A stretch of 64,000 bases of DNA from Paraspadella gotoi (Eukaryota; Animalia; Chaetognatha), in contig CM119264.1 of assembly GCA_051294375.1 (NCBI GenBank), forward strand, positions 23,506,858 through 23,570,857, in the 5' to 3' direction. Below, piece by piece: positions 26,001 to 39,388 of the stretch (position 1 is the first letter of the stretch; each line of letters starts with the position of its first letter). Under the pieces are notes generated by a model. That model was not told where the DNA came from and searched no databases. It worked only from the letters and a program-made list of their open reading frames with translations. Made by a program: the position numbers and the translations under genes.

Positions 26001-29000
26001 CGTTAGCGCTGACCACGTTCGAGGGAATCTACAGAAATTACGGGTGCGAGTGAACAAATCGGCAACAACTTTTCGTGCTATCAAAAACATACTACTCGTA
26101 AAAAATCTTTAAGTAAAGTGATCTCGCCAGACGTTACTATCAAAGAAAATTAATGAAAAATCTTAATTCGATAATAACGAATTGATTGATTGATTGATGC
26201 GATGATAATCGATCATTGATGCAATACTAATTATTAAATAGTGCGATAATAATCATTTAATAATACCATAACCATCAATGATACATTATTAATCATTTAT
26301 CCATGCGATGTTAACTAATAATTGATGGTATGATATTTAATTAACCTAAAAAGAGAAAGAGAGAGAGAGAAACAAATTTTCAAAAATCAATCTTATTACT
26401 TTCAAATATTATTTTTTGATAAAAAAAAGGATATGGATCGTCGCAATTGTATAACAAAAACTAATTATTGTAAATGACAAACTTTGCTTAATATATAAAA
26501 AAATAAAATTAGAAGTATAAAAACAAAGTATATATTATTGATGGCTAAACCAACATAATATTCGAGAAGTAAATTGAGAGAGAAAAAAATAGAAAAAAAT
26601 AGAAAAAAAAAGATAAAAAAATTAAAATAAAAGCGAGATCACAACCGGTTTAGTAATGGTAACATGGAAACATGCGCGACTGCGATGCTTAACATCACGA
26701 GTTCCATGCCGACGCAATTTTTTTCTTAAATAAAAAACAAAAAGAGAGAGAGGGGAAAAAAGAGAGAGAGAGAGAGACGAGTAACTTTCAGCTTAGCCGC
26801 TGCAGAGCTCAAGTCGTTTATGGACAAATCAGAAGAAGCAATAACTACAAAAAAAAAAGATAAAACAATTTTCTTATATTATATGAAATTGGTACAAATA
26901 ATATAATATATTTTAATTTGCATCATCATCATAATGTGAAAGAATTGAAAAAAAAATACTCGGATCAATATAAAACATATCATTTTACAAGATATTGATG
27001 ATGAGAAGCCATATCTAAATTTTAATTCATAGATAAAAAAAAATAAATAAAACATACTTATATCAATAAGAAACGGGTCATTTTAAAAATATCTTAATGA
27101 TGAGAAACTAAATTTTTAACTTCCTTCAATCGCACATTTTTATAATATCCAATTGCAAAACCGACCCTCGGCCCGTCTGGCGAGATAAAAACTCACATCA
27201 CATATGGGTCGGTCGAGATTGTCGCGAACGTCATCTTCACATTTCTGATAAGAAAAAATCAAGACTATTGGAGAAGTTTTCTTCAAAAAAAAAAAAAGAA
27301 AAAAAAAGAAGGGGGCGAAAAAGTCCGACTTACTTCAGTATCGCGTTTCGCTTTAGAAAATGAATGATTGTGGTCGTTGTAGTCGTCGATACTATTGTTA
27401 TTGTTGTTGTGGACTTCGACGTCGACGCTTAACCGACAATCGGAGGACGACGACGACGGCGAGGGCGCGGCGTCGAAAGCCTCCGTCGACGGGTCAATAA
27501 AAGGGGACGCGACAGTCCGCGGGAGTGACGGGCGGTTCTAATAAAGAAAAGGCATGCCATTGTTATTGTTCGGGACAACGGGGACCTATTTAGCAGCGAA
27601 ATATCGAGAATCTTACTCGGGGAGATGTTTGCATCGGAGATGAAGTCGCCGATGAAGTCGAAGGCGGAGGGGACGGAGGGAACGCCGTCACATCCGCGTC
27701 CGGCGTCGATTCGCTCGGCGCCGCGTCGCGCGGTGAATCTGTCTCGGGCGTCGGGAAAGCTGAGGAGGCGGCATCGCTGGTCGAGGGAGAAAGGGTGCCA
27801 CCGCCGCCGCGATGTGCTGCGCGTAGGGCTGCGTTCTCGATCGTCAGCAGCGAAACCCTTTTTTCGAGTCCGCGGTTGATTCGAAGGAGATTCGCAACGT
27901 CGGCGCAGAGAGGCACGATGCCTTTTCGAGAGGAGTTGACGACCATCGCGACGGCGCGGGCGGCGATCGCTTGCGCTTCGGCCGTTGAATCCTAAAAAAG
28001 GAAAAAGAAAAGAAGGAATGTATGAGAGAATGGGATCAAATTGCAATGAGTAAAGTGGGTTTTGATTCCCCCCCTCCTACCTTTGAAGCGAAGTGGGCAT
28101 GCAACGCCCGAGGGGAGGCGGGGCCGGAGAAAGGTCCGTGGCCGGAACGAGGCGAGGCAGGACCGGCCGAGGGGGAAGAGGACTGAGGATCCAGAGAGAC
28201 TGAAAGCGGTAATCATTTCCGTTAAAAAGACAACTCGAAATTAAAAAGAACCTAATTTGCAAAGAAAGTTTGTTTTACGTGGAGCGAGTTGAACGCGTTG
28301 TCCTCCGCGCGAGCCGGAGTCGGAATCCGAACAGGTGGCGCCGGATCGCGACGACGGCGCCGAGCGACGAGGGGCCGCAGTTTCTGACGTTGGAAATTAA
28401 GAAAAATAAATTAGGATACGTAAAATAAAAAATAAAACTACGTAATATAAAGTTAGACAGAGTTGAAGATTACGTAAAGGGGAAAAAGCGACTTACTTTC
28501 ACGTTGACGCTGTTCCTCGGATGCCATTGTTCTCTGCCCATGACTAGCGTCAAAATTTCTGCAAAAAAATTAAAACGAAACGATAATCGAAAATGAAGTA
28601 GTATGGTGGACTAAAAACCCACCAACCGTTCATCAGAGGCCATTGGTGCCGGAGACAAGTCATTCGCCTCCCAACCCAAAGGTCCGGGGTTCTGGCCTAG
28701 CAGTTAAGAGGGACGGGGCGCTTAACCCGCCTGTAACATGGTGTTACAGCCTGATCCGAAGCTCAGGGACTGCTTATATTCAACGGTTCTATCACTAACT
28801 CATAACAATAATTACTGTCTCTTCAGTAGGTACATAAACAAATAATTCAAAGTTCAAACCCACCTGGAAGTACTAGAGTAAAACGAATGCGTCATTCCAA
28901 ATCCCTTCGAATTCTAGAACCAAAAAAAACGTGGAAATAGAAACCATTTCAAACGCGTCTTATGATACTAGTATATACCGTCTTTTCCCTTCGGTCGTCC

Positions 29001-30357
29001 GCGGATAGCGCGCGCGTTCCGTGGCGTGCGTCCCGCGCGCGCTGCGGTTCGCGTGTGTCGCGCTGCAGCTCGCGTGGATCGCGCTGCGTCGACGAAGCGT
29101 CGTACCCTCGTGGGAGAGAGAGACGCGACGAAATCGACGAAGACGAGGACGACGCCCAAGAAGATTCCGACTCTGGAAAAAAAAAGGCGAAAAAGCGATT
29201 TAAGATAGACGAAGATGTACTATACATTTATTTTTGAATCTTCGTATGACGAAAAAATTAAATTTGAGAGCGATTGCAAAGCCGCTATTGAAAGAATCTA
29301 TTTCGATCGCTTCGATTTTCACCCTTTTAAATGTCGCGATGACATGAAGTGAATCTTCCCAGACCTGACGGATAATTAAATCCGAAGGATAAAACTGAAT
29401 CGACATAAAATCGATAGACTCTTGATTTAGTCGAGAAAAAAAAATATTTTGAAGGAAAGGAAGTCGAGATGAAGAAAAAACGTTCACGTGTAAAAAACTG
29501 AGAAGAACGAATTCCTTGTCTCAGTATCGATCAAAGGATCTTTCTCTCTCTCTCTTTCTCTCTCTCTCTTTATGCGTCAAGAGAAAGAAAAGGGAAATCC
29601 AAAGCCAAATAAGAATCGCGACAGTTTTAATCCACGATCTAAAGGTTGAGAGTTCTCGCCCTCGCGTCGAAAGATGTTTCGACGAGCGGATGAGAACCAA
29701 TCCAAAGAAAGAGTCGGGGTTACCCAGACCAATCGAGAGGCTCGAGATCCGAATCCCCGAGAAGCGGGTGGTTATTTTATCTGCATGACAAGATCCCGCG
29801 AACAGAAATTACACTTTAAGGAGTAAATTAAAACTCTTCGGGCCGAATTCAGTCAAAAAAATTTAAAACAGAAGGGGGGAATAGGGAGATACAGGTGGGT
29901 AAAAAATAAAGAGGAAGAGATGTGTTTAAAAAAAAGATTTAAATCCTAATTAAGCAAGAAGTTAGATTGGGAGAATCAGAAAGCTAAAAGACAGAAAAAA
30001 ACCCAGGAAAAACAAAGAAAACAAAAATAGTTTACTCTGCTAAGGAATTGTTTTTACGAACCAATTAGAATAATTTAATCGTTTCTAACGTTGAAAGTAT
30101 CGCCCGTAACGTTAACAATTGAAATAAATTACTCGTAAGAGAAGACACCTTGCGAAGGGCCGATCTTAATTCGGCCCGCGGGGCATTTCTGGGGGTTTTA
30201 AGAGACAGCGGCCCACTCGGGACAAACTCGCAAAATAAAAAAAAAACCTCTCAGTGAGCATCTTTTTTTATACTTCGTTCAATAAGATTTTTTTTTGGTT
30301 TCACGATAGAAAAATAAAATAAAAGGACTCACCCCTTGACGTTGTTCTCGTCCCCAT
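23084..30357 (-). CDS. Multi-exon CAP-Gly domain protein with coiled-coil and Ser/Pro/Arg-rich regions
   Basis: Exons ~24632-24462 and ~24268-24076 give LGDHVVARGNLTGVVAYLGHL..HVGLVLDAPVGKHDGFFMGKRYFNCDMNSGVFVPLEDI (CAP-Gly with GKHDG). Coiled coils: LLRINRGLEKRVSLLTIENAALR and ELAAAKDEIEALRRRLQELE. The last exon ends ESVEETRC*. The start (MGTRTTSR at 30357) and 5' exon phases are tentative. Confidence 0.7.
26160..26470 (-). mobile_element. Decayed fragment related to the 4451-5419 element
   Basis: Reverse-complement TTGATGCGATGATAA-type tandem units, (GA)n, and similar flanking sequence. Confidence 0.45.
28638..28790 (+). mobile_element. tRNA(Gly-like)-headed SINE-like element, antisense in a CAP-Gly gene intron
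   Basis: GC-rich island. Head CATTGGTG..TTCGCCTCCCA..GGTCCGGGGTTC resembles tRNA-Gly (CCC anticodon arm, degenerate B box). Confidence 0.55.
28700..28773 (+). ncRNA. Candidate twister ribozyme, type P5 permutation
   Basis: P5 GCAGTT/GACTGC; GA-CGG; GGCGCT; T^AA; CCC; GC; P3 CTGTAACA/TGTTACAG; P4 CCTGA/TCAGG with loop TCCGAAGC (loop CCG is complementary to CGG). P2 is imperfect. Confidence 0.65.
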
Positions 30358-31311
30358 TAGTTCTGGTACGCTTAATTCGTCTCCTCGCGACGTCAAAAAG
30401 CGAGACTTTTAACTTCGCGCCCGCCCTCACGCAAGGATCCTCTCTATCGCTCGCCCTCGTTTCAGGAGGCGACAAAGACGACGCCAGCGTCGCCGAGCGA
30501 CTCTCGCTCTTTCCCTTTCTCCGGCCTCTTCACAGAGTCGTATCGGAGGTTCGACGACGACGACGGCGCATCGTAAACCGACGAGTCTCGCCCCTAGAGG
30601 GATTAAGAGACGTGGAAGGGTCGAGGCGGTGGCGGCCACCTCGCTCGGTCGGTGTCGTCGTCCCGTGGGGAAAAGGCGAGAACGAGAGAGGCGTCGGCGA
30701 CGACGACTTCATTCGACAAAGAGCGATAGTCTTTTTTTTATCGAATGGTGGACAAGGTTTAAAGTTTATCGTTCGATGTTAATGACTTTTTGAGGTTCGA
30801 TTGAGAGAGACTACTACTCAGTTTAGAAGCTTTTAATTTCCTTACAATAAAAAGTAATATTATGGCCACGCGATGATTTCGGGTGAGCGCGACTGAAATC
30901 AATTTAAAAAACCATTTGTAACGAACAAAAGTATCAATCATTCAATGAGGTTAAAAAAAATAATTCGAGTAAAAAACACAAATGTAATTAAAGATACAAA
31001 ATTTCGCCTTTGGTTAATTTCTAAGTTTATTTTTGCAACGGTCTCGTACGTAGTGGTAAATATTGTACGTAAAAAAATATTTATTGAGTCGAAAAAAAAA
31101 AGCTAGTTGATATTGAACTAAAAACGGTAAAGAAAACAAGAACAAAGTAGTCGCTATAAAAAAAAGCTAAGAATGCGTTAATGGATTGTTTTCGACGGAA
31201 GCAACTCCAGGTTATTGAGGGAAGACCGACTCATTAGTGGGCGAGTCAAGAGCAGGATATTTTCTCCAATCTTTGCTTTCGATTCGTGGGCGGCGAAAGA
31301 ATCTCCTGCCT

Positions 31312-34300
31312 TTAGTAAAGCGGTTTGTGATAGGGGAGCCCTGCGCGGTCCGACTCGGAGGAAGCATCGATGCGGTAGGCGCGGTAGTCGACCTCCTGAC
31401 GCATGATGCCAGTCAAAACGAACTCCACGTTGAAGAGAGGAACGCGTTTTGCGACCAGATCTCTGATGATGATGAGAAATGGCGAGAATCAACATAAAAT
31501 AGAAAACGATGGGGTCGTTAATTAAAATTACGAAACCTGCAAAGGTGAAGGTCGTTCTCACATGTGATGATGAGGTACGACGGTCCAGGTGCTAGACCCT
31601 GCGGTAGAGAAGAGAAGTTATAATTCTAAATTAAAAACGCATTCATGACATTCGTCTTTACGAATATTACGTAAATCAAAATCACAAACAATTACCAATC
31701 GAAAACGCTTTGTGAATTGTGTAGTAGACGTTCGAATGAAAAAATCTCATTATTAGATGATTTTTCAAAAAAAAAAAAAAAAACATAAAAAAAAAAAAAC
31801 AAACCAACACAAAAAAACAAGATGCTCAAAATTAAGTCGCATCCTTATTCCTAAGCAAATTCCATATAAAAGTACAAGATTCCCAGTTACCCACCTTGAT
31901 CGCGGCGTGAGCCGCATTGGCGATCTTGGCGGCCGAAGGGCGCTTTTCGTCGACTACCCCGCCAGCGCCTTCGATTAGCAAACGGACGCAAGCGCGTTTG
32001 GGGACGACCGACTGCGAGATCCAAAAGGTAAGACCACGGAAGAGGGAAGACTTTGATCGTTTGCGCTGGAAGGTAGAGTATACATATTTATGAATTTATT
32101 TATATATTTATTGATCAAAAAATCATTTCACTACAATTTTCATTCACACCTGATAACACTAACCTTAAGCGACTCCTGAATAGAGCAGCAGTAGACGCTC
32201 TCCCCCTCCGGGTCACGAAGGAGAAACTCATCGGAAACCGGAAGCAATTTGGATTGGCGCAGGCAAGCCTCCGCCCACTCCGGCGTCACCACGTATTCGC
32301 AGACATTCATGGCAGCGATGAGTTTAAGAGTTCGACGGAGTTTTGACGTGACCACGTGCGTTGCCAGAACTGGGTTGTTCGTCACCTTGGAGGAACAATT
32401 TTAGATTAACAACCATTCTGAGGGCTTAAAGAATAATAAAATGTTCAACTAAAAATGCTAGAAAATAAATAAGAAACTACTGAATTAAACAACATCTAGC
32501 TTCTGTTTGTGGCTGCTATTCCACGGCTTTACCTCGATCCCAATCGACACAAGTTTGGGCTTGAGTCTCTCCACATATTCCTTGTCGAGATTCGTGAACA
32601 TGACCCGGACCTCCCGATTGGCATTTAAGTCTCTCTCCGCCTCGGCCGCCTGACTCGACTCCGTCCCGGCGGGGGCAGCGGGTCCGGCGAGACCATCGTC
32701 CGCGCCGGGCGCGAGTTTAATCTTCTTAGCGACGTTTCCGAGACTCTCATCCGAATTGTGCTTTTTGCGGCCGAGGTCACCCAGACGCAACCGAGCCGCC
32801 TCAGCCGCCATCTTGGCTACTTCCGGTTGCATAACGTCCAGCGTTTCTTGAAGCGCTTTTCGGACGTTACTGGCCGCCACCTCTGCATCATTACGAAAAT
32901 ATATTATCGTAATTAAGTTAATATAGCATTGTATTGTAGAATGTAGAGAAGTAATCATTTAAACGCACCCGAGAGTTGCGCAGCGGAGGGCTCAATGCCG
33001 TTAGTGTCGCGCTGTTGCGATCGATTTTGCATAAAAGACACGATGACCTCCTTAGAAACCCTGAGCGACAAGAAAGACTTTGAAAATGATCATAAAACAA
33101 GCCTCACTTCCCGTATGCTTCAAAAACTCGATTCACCTGATAGGCACACGCCAGGCGTGCATAAGAGGCGCTACGTTATAATAGTTAAGATAGAAGCGAG
33201 TCTCCACAGTGTATTGTTTGTACTTTGGGTCGTAAGGGTTTCGCGCGTTCTGATAGTCCCCGAGCAGTATGTCGGAAAGCCACTGTGGAGACACGACGGG
33301 GATCCGCCACTCGCGGGCCTTTAGATATTTGGGCCCTTCCGGTCTGAGGGAGGAAGTAATCGAGATTAACTCACAGGGGGAAAAACGAAAAAAATGTAAA
33401 TATGTAATAGTAAAAGGGGGAAGCGACCCAAATGTCTCTGCTCACTTTCCGCAGATGATGACGGTGTTGTGCCGGGACAAGTAGCCAGTGTACTTGGCGC
33501 CCACGAGTTGGATCATGTGCTTAAGTCTCGCGCGATCATAGCCCTCGAAGTTGGTGACGGCGATGATGTGGTTCTTGCAGGGTTTTTGACTGTCGAGGAA
33601 CGGGACCGGGAGGTGGATGGCCGTGCAAGGCTGTGAAATAATCGGGTTAAGTAGAGATTTTCTCAAATATTAAAACTAACCTACCTAACACTCATCCACT
33701 GACCTGCGACATCTTTTTGTGCGTGAGGACATCATTGAGCCAGTATGCGGTGACGCAGCGAACCTTTCGACTTTCGATCGCGCGTTTGTAGATATCAGAC
33801 TTTTGCGTGTGACACAAGAGGTGAGTCACTTTGTCGGGTTCGAACCCTGACGCCGGAGCTGGCACAGGTGCTGGCGGGACAGTGATATCAGATGGCATGG
33901 GTATCGGCGTCGTCGTGACGGCCGGGGATGCCTCTTCGGCAGAGCTCGGCTTCTCGTCCTTTGTAACAGATGACGTCGTCGTTGTCGTCGTCGTCGTGGT
34001 CACCGATGTCGACGTGTTCTCCGTCGAAGCTGCTTCAGTCGTTTCCTTGTCCTCCTCCTTCGTCCCGTCGACTTTCTCGTTCGGAGATTCGTTTTCTTGA
34101 TTCGCGACTTTGACGTTCGGATCTGATGCGGGAGACGAGGGATAATGAAAGATTAATAGCAAAATCCGTATTCTATCAGCTCATTAAACTTACCCGGTTG
34201 TGCTGACTTAGATTGTGACTTGGACTCGACAGGATCGACTAGGACCTGGCCGCCGTGCTCGCGAATGACTCGAACCCAGGCGGCAATGAGGCGAGGAGCG

Positions 34301-37300
34301 ACGATGGAAGGATAGTCCGCGATGAAGAATGTGCAGCCAAGAAGGCAGCCCTCACGAGGAACTGGAAAGGGGGTAGACTTTTTATAACTTTTTGAATCTG
34401 GATCAGCAAGTATGCACTATGAACTATGAGATTTTAACAACAGTTTGCCTCTAACCTAACTCACAAAATAGTAGATACTTCACAAATTCGTTTTAGTTTA
34501 AGATTTTGTTTTAATTTCAACTTCCTCTCTACGCTTAGGACGTACTAATTTCCGAGGGATCGTGTCCATAAAAGGGAAAGGCGCCGACGTGATGGTCGTG
34601 CCCCACCGGGCCCGCGGACACATGCGGACCTGAATGTGGTCATTATGGGAAGAGCTAAATGATGTACTGTTAAGGGGGAACTCGTCGAAGGCGAAGATAA
34701 GAACTCACCCAAACCTGGAGGTCCTCCGCCTGACATCATCATTCCCGACGGGCCACCCATCATCTGGCCACCCATCATGTTGACACCACCTGCGAAAAAA
34801 GGGGATTAAAAAAAGGAATTATTACGGGAATCGTTTGAGGTGAATTAGAAGTTCCAAAGTTCGTTGATCACAATAAAAAATAATTATTCAAGTGCTAGCA
34901 GAATAACCTTGCATTATGTTATTGGGTCCGTGTGGCTGACTAGGTGCGGGTCCCATCATCCGCATTCCTTGCGGAGGGAAATTCTGCTGAGGACCGGGAC
35001 CTCCGACCATTTGCGGATTGTTTGGCGCCATCGGCATTCTGCTGAAAGAAACGATAAATATCAAATAGTACGAAACCGTTTAATTTCTCGCATCACTTGC
35101 GTAAATATAAACGTTTTTGCCAAGGTCGAAACCTACCACTCATTCTAACCCGAATTTACTTACCCATGGGGACCTCCAGATCCCATCGGATGACCGTGCA
35201 TCATCTGGCTAGGATCTCCGCCCATATCCCCCATGCCGCCGCCACCCCCTTGAAACATCATGTTGCCGCCTCCGCCGCCCATATCCATTCTTGGACCTTG
35301 ATTCATGGCCATCATCTGACCCATAGGACCGCCCATCATTCCGTCCCCGCCGGTCATCATTGGTCCACGGGCGAACTGCATCCTGGGTCCACCCATGTGG
35401 TGTGGGGGTGGACCTCGTATCATGGGTCCGCGGATCATGTGGTTCATCCTCGGCGATCCGGGCATCATGGGTCCACCCTGCATGTGCTGCTGCTGTTGCT
35501 GCATGTTCATGAATTCCATTCTTTGGTTCATCATGGGATTGCCGCGCATCATGCCTCCTAAAGGACGATAAAAAGCAACATTGACAGGACAATGACAGCT
35601 GAGAGCAGACAGAAGACAAGAAGTGACCTTGTGGACTTATGGGACCCATTCCAGAGGATGAAACTGGAGAAACGCCTCCAGATCCAGGACCCATCATTTG
35701 CTGCTGCTGCTAAAAATAAATTTAATAGATACAAACGACGAACAAGCCTCACCAGTCATCATTTCTCATCAGAGTTTAAACCTGCTGCATATGAAGATGC
35801 TGCTGATTAAGTCGGTCGGCGACCATCCGCGCGAGAACCTCTTTCGTCCGCGGAGTCGGCGCGGCGCCTCCCGGCGAAGTCGGTGGGCCAGCGCCGGGAG
35901 ACATGGCACCGGCGGGAGACACTGGACCGCCGGGGGATAGCGATCCAGGGGAAGAAGAGGCGGGGGCGCCAAAGTCGCCAAAGTTGACGCCGCCTTCCAT
36001 CGGCGGGGTGTTGTCGGGTCCTTGAGGCCCGAAATGCATCCCGGGCCCAACCATGGGATGACTGGAATTCACGTTGTTTTGGTTCACTAAATTAAAGAAA
36101 GAAAGAAAGAGAAAGCATCGTGGATTAATAAAAATTATACCATTTACCATTCCACATTCTCTTTACTTTGCATCCTCATTCCAGGTCCGGATCTCGGCCC
36201 CATAGGGCCAGACATGAGCCCGAAACCTTGGCCCATTGGTCGTGGCCCTCGCGGCATCATAGGCCCCATCCCGGGACGCGGGGCTCCTTGTAGTGGAAGC
36301 TCCTTTTGAAGCGCTTGAGCCAAGACAGAGCGCTGATCCGAGGAAGACGAGACAGCGACTCCACCCATGTCCAATCCGCCAGAGGGCATCCCCATACTCC
36401 CAATGCTCCCCCCTTCTTCCATGAGACCGCCCATTGGTCCGGCGTCGCTGACCGGAGACTTAGTCGGATCTAGCCCTGGTGCCCCTAACGGTCGCTGGTC
36501 GGGGCACGGCATCCTGGAAAATGGAGAAAGAGCACACCGATAAATAATAGGAAGAGAATAAAATCAATATCATCCTGACTCACACACCTTATTCCTGCAG
36601 GACTCTTGGCTCTTGCGCCCCGGGGACTCGTCCGGCCTCGAGGACTCCGGGGTCCAAAACCCATTGTTCCCCGTCCTATTTAAATAAAAATATATAAAAG
36701 CATAAACAGACTCTCTTTCTCACTCTGTTGCCCCTCTCTCAATTTGCTTACCTGTCATTGGAACAGCAACGCCTTGGACGCCAAAGCCCTGACTGGCGGT
36801 CGTGGATGTGATTGAAGACGGCGGGTCGGCCGGGGGCGTTGCTGTAGATGCCAAGCGTCAATTTGTTTAAAAAAAAGTAATCTGGGATAAAATTTAAAAA
36901 AATGTTGAATTGCCAAAGAACGTGGAGTGCTCTTACCGGAATTTTCCGCCGGCGGCGTTGACGATGAATCCTCTTTTTCGCGCTTTTCTTTTTCCTTGTT
37001 AAAGGTTGAACCTTGACCGCTTAAAACCTAAGAAATTGCATTTTATTTCAATACCGAACAGGATTATCTTAAAGATTTTCTTAAAGATTTATAATATTAA
37101 AAAAAGAAACTAGCTCCATAAGCTCTCTTCTCAGAACTCTTTACTCAACCTGCTCCGCCTCGACGGCAGCTGAAGGCATTTTTAAGTCGCTCTTGCCCGC
37201 AGCGACGGCGGCGATGGCAGCGGCGATGTGGTCGTTCGGGTCGTGGGTTAGAACCGAGGACTCTTTAGACGCGACTGAAGAATAGTACGAAGTAGGGGCA

Positions 37301-39388
37301 TGATCGGTGAGGCAGGTTTGTCAAGACGTCAACTAAAAATTAACCAAAATTATTAGATTCAAGTAGTAGACGACTTACCAATAGTGGAACCAGTTGGCTT
37401 CTGTGGCGGAGGATGGGGCTGCGGGGAGGCGTCCGCGGTCTCATCGCCCTCCATCATGAGATCCAAATCGGAGCCGACAAACGACGAAGGCGCGAAGCCG
37501 GTCGCAAGCCGCGCTGACGTTGAGGACGCCGACGCCGCCGATTCAGGCGTCGGCTTAAGCGACTCTGCCTCCGTCGGCGGCTTATTCGCGGAGAAGTCTG
37601 ACTGAGGCGCCGGTTGCGGCGCCGATTCCGCTGCGGAAGACTGCATTGGCGATTTATTTTCCGCTTGTATCGTGTCCGTTTGAAGTTTCTCTTCCTGACA
37701 AAAAAAATTTATAATTTACATTTTTCTAATATTATATAATAAAAAAAAAATAGTATATCCACCATCGCTTGCTGGGCTTTGAGCTCCTCAGTCGCCCTCG
37801 CTGATTGTTTAAACTTCCTCGGAATAGATGGCGGAATGGGGACGGCTGCCTTCTCTTTTTTCTCTGTCTCTTCGGCGGTGGCAGTCGACGGCGTTAAGAG
37901 AAACTTGGGGTGAAATCTGAAAATGGAGTGGCAAGAATTTAAAACATGCCGATTGTCGAGCATATTACATATACACAAATTTAGCATATAGAATATGAAA
38001 ACAAAAACCAATAAAAATAAAAACGCCGATTTTTAATTTCCAGCTTAAAATATAGTTTTTTTTATAATTTTAAGCGATTTAAAAACATAATTTTTGAAAA
38101 AGATTTATATTATCTTTTATTGACTTTTAACGAGGAATCTCAATCTGTTCTCAGAATTTAAAAAAAAAAACATTTTAAAATTTTGACATTATATAAAGGT
38201 AGTACTATATACAAAATAAGCCGACTGGGCTACTATATTTTAAAAAATAATAACTATAGATTAGTATGATAGTTTTTAAGATATAACTGCTAAATTTTGA
38301 TTCCAAACTTTCACTTCACCCTAATATACAAACTACATGCAAATTATTAATTATTTTAAATTCATTCTCAATTTTCGTCATTGCTGTCATCATCTTACAT
38401 TTTGTAGTTGGAATTCGACAATTCTCTCAACTAAAAAACAACAGTTCCCCTTTCAACTCCCTTCTCCACCCCCCCCCGCAAAAAATAAAAAGGAAAAAAA
38501 AAATATTACGCACGCTTTAATCTCGATGCATTTCCTTCTGCGCACGGATTCCTCCACCCAGTCGGGACAAACGATGGCCACGCCTTTCTTCGCCGCCATT
38601 TCGTACTTCGCGCCTAAATTGGAATCGAGATTCAAACACCTGACGTTAAAAACTACTAAGAACAATACTTTTAAAAAACACACCCGACGTTTGGGTGCAA
38701 ACAAGGTGAGTGACTCGAGGTGTGAGTTTGGCGTCGCATCTTCCACCGTGAAAATTGATTAGAGACCACAACTTGAATGCGTCGGGAGTGGAGATCCCGG
38801 AACAAGTAGCCACAACCCTGTTGAGACGGTAAATAGATGACAAAAACAATAAAAAAATTCACACGTATTGATTATTATTAATTTCGCTCACTTGGAAAAA
38901 AAATTTGTTGACTCGGGATCGAAGCCGACGAGCGGGAGCTGCGTCCGGCACTTAACGGAGAGCGTAATCCATCGTGAGGTAACCACTGGAAGTTCGAACA
39001 AATCCTTGGCCTCTCCGTACTCGTGGTTGTCGCAGTTGTCGCACACCACGTGCGTTACGGCGTCTAAAAGGTGGAGAAAAAAAAAAGACAGTTTACTTTC
39101 GAATAAAAACAGTTTAAGAACGTTTTCACGAAAAAAAAAATGCAACCAGCTTTGACCGACAATGGACAGAAAATAATTACCTGAGAGGTAGGTGTCCTTC
39201 TTTGCTCCGCCCGCATTGAGAAGAGAAATGATCTGCGACGGGAGATTATTATTACAATTATCGATTTAAACTTAATGGAAATAAAGTCGATGTCGAAAAA
39301 TATTTCGAAATATAACCTTTCCATCAATCTCGCCGACTATGTAATACTTGACATCGTTGAACAGCCCAGGGTCGCAAGTCTCAGCCAT
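31312..39388 (-). CDS. PAXIP1: PAX-interacting protein 1 (PTIP), six BRCT domains, multi-exon
   Basis: N-terminus [24 protein letters not shown]; [12 protein letters not shown]; [34 protein letters not shown]; AWRVPIRVS; [13 protein letters not shown]; C-terminus [26 protein letters not shown]. All match remembered PAXIP1 motifs. The checked introns are GT-AG. Confidence 0.92.

Noticed and set aside
30530-30712. In-frame TGA suggesting readthrough or an alternative genetic code
   Set aside because: The phase-compatible start is at 30357, so this is probably 5' leader; the conserved genes translate with the standard code.
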